Assembly (NCBI GenBank): GCA_024403635.1
Contig: JAKSRL010000001.1
Span: 1 to 43,273 of the forward strand
Direction: 5' to 3'
Source of the DNA: Lachnospiraceae bacterium
GTDB taxonomy: Bacteria > Bacillota > Clostridia > Lachnospirales > Lachnospiraceae
Length of the DNA: 43,273 nt
Each line of letters starts with the position of its first letter. Position 1 is the stretch's first letter. Below are positions 26,428 through 33,596 of the stretch, in pieces. The position numbers were made by a program, and so were the translations under genes. The notes under the pieces are model-generated. The model saw only the letters and a program-made list of their open reading frames with translations. It had not been told where the DNA came from and searched no databases.

Positions 26428-28321
26428 CGTGGAAAGAGATTATACATTAAAAGTAAGTCCAAGAATGCTTGAATTACTAAGCAAAGATCTATATACCAAT
26501 ATGTATTTTGTTTTGGCAGAACTAATAGCAAATGCCTATGATGCGGATGCGGAAAATGTTTATATTTTTATTGATGACAACGAGATTCGAGTAGAGGACG
26601 ACGGAGATGGTATGTCTGGAGATATTCTGGATGAAAAATATTTGCTTGTTGGGGGAGAATCAAGAACATGCGAGGACGATGCCAAAACTGTACAAAAGAA
26701 AAGGCTGAAAATGGGAAGAAAAGGCATTGGAAAACTGGCAGCATTGTCTATATCTGATGGGTTTAAATTAATTACAGTTCAAGAGTCTAAGCCAATAGGT
26801 CTTTTTATTCCTCATAGAATTGAGCACGATGATGAAAAACTGAAAGTATTGTCATCCAAAGAATATGAATTAAAAAAAATAACGAATAAAGGCACAGCTA
26901 TTATTATGGAAAATCCGAAAGTAACTATTCCAAAACTGCATGAAACTGTGCTAAATAATCTTGCAAAAATTTTTCCAAATAATATAGCGGATTTTAACAT
27001 ATATGTAATATATAAAGGAAATTCAAAAAAACTTGTTCCAGACGAAAAAAAAGTTATAAATCGTTTAGGAACGTTTATGTCAATTGGAAATGAAAAAAGG
27101 TATTTAGAAGAGGAACTTTCTAAAGAAGATAAAAGTCTTCAGATTTTGCAACGCGATGCGATTACGCAAACAATAGAAATGTTAAATTCGAAAAATGAAC
27201 TTCAGTCCTTAGATGTAAGAATATATGGTTGGATAGGAACATATAAAACTTCTCGAGGAATGAAAAAGGAAATTAACGAGTTTTCGGACAACTATTTAGC
27301 TATTTTTGCGCATAATAAAATGGGACTTAGGAATGTGCTTCCTATTGTTAGCAGAAATAGAGTATATGAAAATTATATTGTAGGGAATTTGTACATTGAT
27401 GCTTTTGAGGCACCTGATTTTCCTGATATGGCAGGTACTAATAGACAAGGGTATAATGAAAACGATTTGAGATGGAAAACGGCACTTGAATATATTAGAA
27501 ATATTGTCGATGAGATAGTCAAATCGCACACACAATTTGCAACTATGGAAAAATCTTTAAAGGAAGCTGAAAAAGAATCAAAAAAAGAAGCTGCAGAAAA
27601 AAAGCTAAAAGAAAAACTTGATTCAACTACAAAAAATATTGTTCAAAATTTAGTGCAGAAAATTCAAGAACCAAATTCGGGAGATACTATTGAAAAATAT
27701 GTATCTGACGAACTGGAAACTATAAAGCCTCTGTTAGGCTTTAAAGCAACTGTTGATGCAAATAAGAAAAAGATAATGATTAGTCAAACCTTAAACGATA
27801 TGCCGGTTTCTAATGTGATATACCAGAGTTTATTATTTAATGGTGTACCTAAGGAGGACATAATATATTCAAATGGTCCTGATCCTGAAACAAATCTACC
27901 AGAAAAGGATATTTATGGATATTTACAGAAGTTTTTTGTTCAAAGTGCATCATCTGAAATGATATATGTTTTATTTGTTACAAGTAAGAATGTAGTAAAC
28001 GTTGATCCGAATTGTCCTTCTGTTAGTTGGGGAGAGTTGATGGAAATTGGGGCTGCGTGGGTAACAAGGAAGGACCATTGGGTATTTAATGTGGATGGAT
28101 TTAAGCCAGAACCACCATTAAACATATCAAATAAATGGGTTGATTTTTATACGATAGCAACTGAAGACGGAACAAAAATCTTGTCTTTAACAGAAGCGAT
28201 GGCGAATAGTTTTTGCAATAAAATATTAGAAACTTGTCAAGTATGTGGATATACTCCAAAGACTTTTGAGGAAAACAAGAAAAATTTAATAGACAACTAC
28301 ATAACGATTCATAATATTTAA
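26408..28321 (+). CDS. GHKL (HATPase_c_3, MORC-like) ATPase with coiled-coil and C-terminal TIR-like domain
   Basis: Bergerat motifs: ELIANAYDAD (N box), EDDGDGM (G1), GRKGIGKLA (G2). A K/E-rich coiled-coil KSLKEAEKESKKEAAEKKLKEKL follows. The C-terminal KKIMISQT...IIYS...IYVLFVTSKN...SVSWGELMEIGAAW fits a TIR/DUF1863-like pattern. The start is either ATG 26408 (20-nt overlap with the Dcm gene) or GTG 26429 (after GGAGAGG). Confidence 0.75.
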   Translation: MLERKNNVERDYTLKVSPRMLELLSKDLYTNMYFVLAELIANAYDADAENVYIFIDDNEIRVEDDGDGMSGDILDEKYLLVGGESRTCEDDAKTVQKKRLKMGRKGIGKLAALSISDGFKLITVQESKPIGLFIPHRIEHDDEKLKVLSSKEYELKKITNKGTAIIMENPKVTIPKLHETVLNNLAKIFPNNIADFNIYVIYKGNSKKLVPDEKKVINRLGTFMSIGNEKRYLEEELSKEDKSLQILQRDAITQTIEMLNSKNELQSLDVRIYGWIGTYKTSRGMKKEINEFSDNYLAIFAHNKMGLRNVLPIVSRNRVYENYIVGNLYIDAFEAPDFPDMAGTNRQGYNENDLRWKTALEYIRNIVDEIVKSHTQFATMEKSLKEAEKESKKEAAEKKLKEKLDSTTKNIVQNLVQKIQEPNSGDTIEKYVSDELETIKPLLGFKATVDANKKKIMISQTLNDMPVSNVIYQSLLFNGVPKEDIIYSNGPDPETNLPEKDIYGYLQKFFVQSASSEMIYVLFVTSKNVVNVDPNCPSVSWGELMEIGAAWVTRKDHWVFNVDGFKPEPPLNISNKWVDFYTIATEDGTKILSLTEAMANSFCNKILETCQVCGYTPKTFEENKKNLIDNYITIHNI

Positions 28322-28345
28322 GATAAATAGCTAAATATAAACTTT

Positions 28346-28732
28346 ATGACCTCCGTAGTAGCGGCCCTCATCTGGCAGGGCGATAAATTTTTAATATGTC
28401 AGCGACCAGCGCATAAGGCCCGTGGCCTTCTGTGGGAATACGTGGGCGGAAAAGTCGAGCCCGGCGAAACCCGCGAAGAAGCGCTGATCCGCGAGTGCAA
28501 AGAGGAACTGGATATCAGCCTCTCTGTGGGTGATGTGTTCTTCAAAGTGGACCATGTGTATCCGGACATCACCATCCATCTGACGTTGTTTAACGCCTCC
28601 ATCGCCGGCGGCGAAATTAAGATGCTGGAGCACAACGACATCCGCTGGATTCTCCCATCGGAAATTCTGGATTACGAATTCTGCCCAGCAGATGAAAGTA
28701 TTAATAAGGCGATAATGAAAAAATATGCGTGA
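28346..28732 (+). CDS. mutT: NUDIX hydrolase (MutT/8-oxo-dGTPase-like)
   Basis: Nudix box GGKVEPGETREEALIRECKEELDI. 128 aa. The G+C content returns to backbone level. Confidence 0.88.
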   Translation: MTSVVAALIWQGDKFLICQRPAHKARGLLWEYVGGKVEPGETREEALIRECKEELDISLSVGDVFFKVDHVYPDITIHLTLFNASIAGGEIKMLEHNDIRWILPSEILDYEFCPADESINKAIMKKYA

Positions 28733-28735
28733 AGA

Positions 28736-28762
28736 AAGCACCCTGGCTGGGTGCTTTTTATT
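28736..28762 (+). terminator. rho-independent terminator
   Basis: 8-bp stem AAGCACCC/GGGTGCTT with a 5-nt loop, then TTTTTATTATT. Confidence 0.75.
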
Positions 28763-29190
28763 ATTGTGTTTTATTAGAAAGTTTATAATGTTTACATTGA
28801 TTGAGTATCGTTAGATTTAAAAGAAGTGTTTAATCGGAAATTAGATACAAGAGAACAACAAAAAATAGTGTATGGATTATTGCTTGATGATGAGGAATTA
28901 CGGCGATTTTAATTGTAATAAGCAGTGAAAGATTGAAACAGGAAATTCACTCTTCGTATGCTGCGTAGTAGATCTTCCTTTTATTAGGAAGAGTGATAAT
29001 TCATATTTGGGAATAATTAATATTTATTTAAAATGGTAAACGTTGATTAATAGTTTTAAGACTATTACTATAATTTTATAAGGACTGGTTGAATAAATTG
29101 GGTCCACTAACGGTGGGGATGTTGACCGCCGTTCTTAAGAAATCCTTTTCAATGCACCTAGCATTTGCCGTATTTTTTTTACGGCAAATA

Positions 29191-29219
29191 TTGCAATTTA
29201 TAAAAATATATGCAATACT
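29191..29219 (+). promoter_or_regulatory. sigma-A-type promoter of the ATPase/TOPRIM pair
   Basis: TTGCAA, a 17-nt spacer, then TGcAATACT (extended -10), about 20 nt before the GGGAGG RBS. A 10-bp-stem hairpin ATTTGCCGTA/TACGGCAAAT abuts it at ~29163-29189. Confidence 0.5.
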
Positions 29220-29240
29220 GTTGAAAATGGGAGGTGCATT

Positions 29241-30341
29241 ATGATTACAAAATTCTCTGTTCAAAATTTTAAGGGCTTTCAGGATAATTTTACTTTTGAT
29301 TTAACACAAAGCAATTATGAGTTTAATCAGGGTGCAGTAAGAAACGGTATTGTTAATAAGGGCCTGATATATGGTTTTAATGGATGTGGAAAGTCAAATT
29401 TGGGACTTGCGATTTTTGATTTAGTTTTGCATTTAACAGATAAACAAACGATTATTGGAAAATATCCGGTATATTTAAATTTGGACTCTAATGAAAAATA
29501 TGCTTCTTTTTCATATTCTTTTGTTTTTGATGGTGTTCTGGTTGAATATTCTTATACAAAAGTTGATCCACAAGTTTTAAGAACAGAAGAACTGATAATA
29601 AACGGAGAACCGGTTATTGGTTATGATTTTGAAAAAGAAACCGGATTCAGCAACCTTGATGGAACGCAAAATCTACGCTTAAATTCTCCGGATAGCAGGC
29701 TTTCAAAATTAAAGTTTATTAAAAACAATGCCATTTTAGCTGAAAACGAAACCAATTTAATTTTTATTAAATTTATGGATTTTGTGGAAAGAATGTTATT
29801 GTTTTATAGCTTGGATGGAAATGCATATCAAGGATTTACACTTGGAGTAGAATCTTTAGATGATGTTATTGTGAAAGAGGGAAAATTAAAAGACTTTGAA
29901 AGATTATTAAAAAAAGCAGATATTAATATGAATTTAGAGTCTCAGTTAATAAATAATCAAAATGTCATTTTTTCAAAATACAAAAATGGATTGATACCTT
30001 TTGAACGTTCTGCTTCGCGAGGAACTAATTCTTTAGAATTATTTTATTTTTGGTATATAAGAATGTCAAAAGCTTCCTTCGTTTTTATTGATGAGTTTGA
30101 TGCATTTTATCATTACGAATTATCAGAGCTAATTATCCGGGAATTATTAAAATTATACGATACACAAATCATCTTAACGACTCATAATACAGATCTTTTA
30201 ACAAATGATTTACTCAGACCAGACTGTTATTACATTATGAATCCTAAGAATATTGTTTCTATTGCAAATTCTACAGAAAAAGAATTAAGAAAAGCGCATA
30301 ACTTGCAAAAAATGTTTAAGGCGGGAGCTTTTAATGAATAA
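29241..30341 (+). CDS. ABC-type AAA ATPase (AAA_15/AAA_21-like; AbiLi/AriA/RloA-like)
   Basis: Walker A GFNGCGKSN, signature-like SASRGTNSL, Walker B FVFIDEFD, H-loop TTHN. The N-terminal FSVQNFKGF is typical of SMC/RecF-like defence ATPases. Confidence 0.8.
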   Translation: MITKFSVQNFKGFQDNFTFDLTQSNYEFNQGAVRNGIVNKGLIYGFNGCGKSNLGLAIFDLVLHLTDKQTIIGKYPVYLNLDSNEKYASFSYSFVFDGVLVEYSYTKVDPQVLRTEELIINGEPVIGYDFEKETGFSNLDGTQNLRLNSPDSRLSKLKFIKNNAILAENETNLIFIKFMDFVERMLLFYSLDGNAYQGFTLGVESLDDVIVKEGKLKDFERLLKKADINMNLESQLINNQNVIFSKYKNGLIPFERSASRGTNSLELFYFWYIRMSKASFVFIDEFDAFYHYELSELIIRELLKLYDTQIILTTHNTDLLTNDLLRPDCYYIMNPKNIVSIANSTEKELRKAHNLQKMFKAGAFNE

Positions 30342-31152
30342 AGACCTTATTGCAATAATTGTTGAAGGGGAATCTTATGAAAAAGGTATTATTAAAAACA
30401 TTGAAAAAGTTTTCCCTTTAGGCAGACAAATATATGAAGTATTTACTTTGCCGGCAGGTCAAAATATTTATATGCTCTGGAAAAAGATGAAGGAAGACGA
30501 GTTTGAAACCGACATTATAGAAGTCCTACGAGATAGTTGTAAATCCTTGGAACGAGAGCTGAGCCCATTTACAAGGGATTCATTTAGTGAAGTATACCTT
30601 TTCTTTGATTATGATGCACATCAACAAAATTTAGAATCAGGAATAGATGCAGATGAAGTTCTTGTGGAAATGCTCGAATCATTTGATAATGAAACCGAAA
30701 ACGGGAAACTGTATATAAGTTATCCAATGGCAGAGGCAATCAGGGATTTTATTCCAGAAACTTGTAAGGCATTTTCTGGTGATTGTTTTATTAATTTTCA
30801 AGTAACTGGTTACAAACGCAAGTCTACCTACAAAGAGGATGGGACTGCGAGTAAGACACAAGCAATCAGTAAATATAATCATGATGTTTGGGTCAATGTA
30901 TTGACTTGCTTTGTTGAACGATTAAATTGCTTAAGAAATGATGAACAAAGGTTAAGCATGATTGAGTGCAAAAAATATACTCCGATAGATGTTTTTAGAT
31001 TACAACAATCAGTAATATTAAGTGAAGAATGTTTAATGATATTAAGCGCATTTCCTGAGTTTATTATTGATTATTTTAAAGAAGAGTATCTATCTAATTT
31101 CATTAACACTAGAGAAATAGATTTAATAAAATGCGATAAAAATGATAAATAA
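30334..31152 (+). CDS. RloB/DUF4435-like TOPRIM protein (AbiLii/AriB-like)
   Basis: Overlaps the ATPase stop by 8 nt. IAIIVEGESYE (TOPRIM Glu) and LFFDYDAH (DxD) lie at the expected spacing. YISYPMAEA resembles the RloB SNPCFE region. Confidence 0.6.
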   Translation: MNKDLIAIIVEGESYEKGIIKNIEKVFPLGRQIYEVFTLPAGQNIYMLWKKMKEDEFETDIIEVLRDSCKSLERELSPFTRDSFSEVYLFFDYDAHQQNLESGIDADEVLVEMLESFDNETENGKLYISYPMAEAIRDFIPETCKAFSGDCFINFQVTGYKRKSTYKEDGTASKTQAISKYNHDVWVNVLTCFVERLNCLRNDEQRLSMIECKKYTPIDVFRLQQSVILSEECLMILSAFPEFIIDYFKEEYLSNFINTREIDLIKCDKNDK

Positions 31153-31234
31153 ATAATAAATAATTATTATCTCACTTATACCCCTCGCATCATCTACTCT
31201 CATCTAACAGCCCGATAATAAAAGGAGCAACCCC

Positions 31235-31675
31235 ATGACCCACAACGAAAAAGCAATGAAAATATTTGATGATAAATTCAACTGTGCGCAGGCTGTGTTC
31301 GGCGCATTTGCGGAAGAGCTTGGCATGTCCGAAGAGCAGGCGATGGATATCGCCTTATGCTTCAGCGGCGGCATGCGAAGAGGCGAAACCTGCGGAGCGG
31401 TTTCCGGAGGACTGATGGTATTCGGCTTGAAATATGGCGAGCCGGGCCCGGACGAGGACGAACAGGAAGTTAAAATGAAGGCTTATTCTTTAGCGTCTAA
31501 GTTCATGGAACGGTTCCAGCAGGAGAACGGCTCGTGCAACTGCAAGGACCTCTTAGGTTGCGACCCCTCAACGGAAGATGGCCATGAATATGCTCTTAAG
31601 AACAATTTGTTCTATGACATTTGTCCGAAAAAGATTGAATCCGCTATCCGGATTTTAGAAGAACTTTTACAATAA
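31235..31675 (+). CDS. C_GCAxxG_C_C family redox-active protein
   Basis: FNCAQAV... and GETCGAVSGG plus the downstream Cys pair (GSCNCKDLLGC...ICP) define the family. AAAGGAG RBS. Backbone-like G+C. Confidence 0.8.
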   Translation: MTHNEKAMKIFDDKFNCAQAVFGAFAEELGMSEEQAMDIALCFSGGMRRGETCGAVSGGLMVFGLKYGEPGPDEDEQEVKMKAYSLASKFMERFQQENGSCNCKDLLGCDPSTEDGHEYALKNNLFYDICPKKIESAIRILEELLQ

Positions 31676-31745
31676 AAAAGAAGAAATCTACTGACTGAAG
31701 TTGTTGAGGTTCTCCTTAAAGTTTAAATTAAAAGGTAAAGAATAA

Positions 31746-32387
31746 ATGCCATATCTAATCCTAGCAATAATTATAGCCATTATAGCTATTGTCATTGCTT
31801 CAAGTAAAAAGAAAAGACAGAACGCTCAATCTTATTCCAGCGTAGAAGTTGCGCCGGATGAAAAAGAGTATGGCCGTCAGGGAGAACTTTTCGCTACGGA
31901 TATAATTTGTAGCGTTCTTCGGGACGGCGATTATTTTTTTAGAAATGTTCATATCGTCTACAATGGAAAGAAAGCGGAATTAGACAATCTGATTGTTAAT
32001 AAATATGGCGTTTTTATTATCGAAGTAAAGAATTATAAGGGCGTTATTAATGGCGAAGAAGACGACTATAATTGGATAAAATATAAAGATGACGGATACG
32101 GAAATATGTTCCAGGATTTAGTTACTAACCCGATCCAACAGGTAAAACGTCAGACTTATATTTTAGCGAATTATCTCAGAGAGAATGGTGTGAACGTCTG
32201 GGTAGAAGGATATGGTACGCTGCTTCAGGACAATAGTCCTGTAAATAGCGAGCATTTGTTGTATGATGTAGATGATATCGACAGAGCGATTCATACCTAT
32301 AGTCGAAAACTGTTGGACGCAAAAACCATAGAGAAGATTAAGGCACTAATTTTAGAATTGTTAGATGATGCAGGAGATTTTTCATGA
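31746..32387 (+). CDS. membrane-anchored NERD (nuclease-related domain) protein
   Basis: N-terminal TM (YLILAIIIAIIAIVIASS), then GRQGELFATDIICSVL...ELDNLIVNKYGVFIIEVKNYKG, the NERD core. Confidence 0.75.
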   Translation: MPYLILAIIIAIIAIVIASSKKKRQNAQSYSSVEVAPDEKEYGRQGELFATDIICSVLRDGDYFFRNVHIVYNGKKAELDNLIVNKYGVFIIEVKNYKGVINGEEDDYNWIKYKDDGYGNMFQDLVTNPIQQVKRQTYILANYLRENGVNVWVEGYGTLLQDNSPVNSEHLLYDVDDIDRAIHTYSRKLLDAKTIEKIKALILELLDDAGDFS

Positions 32388-32581
32388 CCCATAACGAAAA
32401 AGCAATGAAAATATTTGATGATAAATTCAACTGTGCGCAGGCTGTGTTCGGCGCATTTGCGGAAGAACTTGGTATGTCCGAAGAGCAGGCGATGGATATC
32501 GCCTTATGCTTCAGCGGCGGTATGCGAAGAGGCGAAACCTGCGGAGCGGTTTCCGGAGGACTGATGCTATCCGGATTTTAG
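32384..32581 (+). pseudogene. internally deleted duplicate of the C_GCAxxG_C_C gene
   Basis: The first 61 codons are identical in protein to 31235-31417, with 4 synonymous differences seen. They are joined directly to the last ~30 nt of the gene (CTATCCGGATTTTAGAAGAACTTTTACAATAAAA), which shifts the frame. Confidence 0.85.
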
Positions 32582-32615
32582 AAGAACTTTTACAATAAAA
32601 GAAGGAGGAACTTTC

Positions 32616-32700
32616 ATGACCTCCGTGGTAGCGGCCCTCATCTGGCAGGGCGATAAATTTTTAATATGTCAGCGACCGGCGCATAAGGCCCATGGCCTTC
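32616..32700 (+). pseudogene. 5' fragment (85 nt) of a second NUDIX gene copy
   Basis: ATGACCTCCGTGGTAGCGGCCCTCATCTGGCAGGGCGATAAATTTTTAATATGTCAGCGACC... matches 28346-28430 with 3 substitutions. It retains a GGAGG RBS that the intact copy lacks. Homology stops abruptly at ~32700. Confidence 0.8.
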
Positions 32701-33001
32701 ATGGCATTTAACCGCATTTTTTGAGATTGAATAAAAAATGTCCACCTATAGGGTGGGCATTTAAAAATTGGTGGGCGAATATCCTCGATTTCGGCCACCA
32801 ATTTTTATGTACTTGGATATATGGTGGAAAATTCGATGAAATTTAATAAAAAACGACGAAAAGAAGGCAAAAGCGTCCACCAAAAAATTTAAACGATGCA
32901 GGCTTGATGTTACCAAATGCAAGTTTTATAACGGTCTTCTGTTCCTGATTCGGAAATCTATCCGCGATAGCAAAAACTATCCAAATAGAAAACTTATGCC
33001 T

Positions 33002-33520
33002 CTATACGATTTCCAGAATAGCGATAACAATAGCAGCCACCAGAGAAATGATGGCAGGGAGTCTATTCAAGAGAAAATTGTGCCCCATATATTTTTTGCC
33101 GATTTTGAAAAATCTTCCGATGATTGCCGTTGCTGCTGCACCTGCAACGATATCATCTCCACTGCCGCCGGATACGTTTGCTACACGATTGTAAAAGTTC
33201 ACGCCGGAACCTTTTTCTTCCATTTCCAGCATACAGCTGACAAACCATCGTTCCTCCTCGGTCAAAGGTCTGTCCGTATGGAGATTCAGCTTTCTTGATT
33301 GGAGGCCAACCATCGTTCTCCCGATTGCAAATACGATAAGACCGACAATGCACAGGCCAAGGGGGATTAGGAGTACTTTTATAAGCTCATTACTTTCTTT
33401 TTTGATAAGCGCTGAAATTATAAAAGCTATGGCAATAAACAGAGCGCCGAGACAAAGATCTATACCCCAGCGAGCAATCGTGAAACCGCTTTTCAATTTG
33501 CTTTTTACAGATTCTTCCAA
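33002..33520 (-). CDS. hypothetical membrane protein (TTG start)
   Basis: Three or four TM helices. AAGGAG lies 7 nt upstream of the TTG, and there is no in-frame ATG near the N-terminus. Confidence 0.5.
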   Translation of the reverse strand: MEESVKSKLKSGFTIARWGIDLCLGALFIAIAFIISALIKKESNELIKVLLIPLGLCIVGLIVFAIGRTMVGLQSRKLNLHTDRPLTEEERWFVSCMLEMEEKGSGVNFYNRVANVSGGSGDDIVAGAAATAIIGRFFKIGKKYMGHNFLLNRLPAIISLVAAIVIAILEIV

Positions 33521-33596
33521 ACTTCTTCTCCTTTTATCAATCGACTATTTCGACAACGGTTTCTCCGCTGCCGAATACCTGATATCCTTTCGTATC

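Noticed and set aside
28391-28741. 116-aa and 80-aa - strand ORFs opposite the NUDIX gene
   Set aside because: The + strand has a perfect Nudix box. The antisense ORFs lack an RBS and any recognisable motifs.
19700-32700. Integrase, transposase, tRNA attachment site or terminal inverted repeats that would define the defence region as a mobile element
   Set aside because: I searched all ORF translations and the borders by eye and found none. The region is therefore described as a recombination hotspot, not annotated as a mobile_element.
32996-33298. 100-aa + strand ORF overlapping the 33002-33520 membrane-protein gene
   Set aside because: It has no RBS and a low-complexity translation. The - strand ORF has an AAGGAG RBS and clear TM helices.
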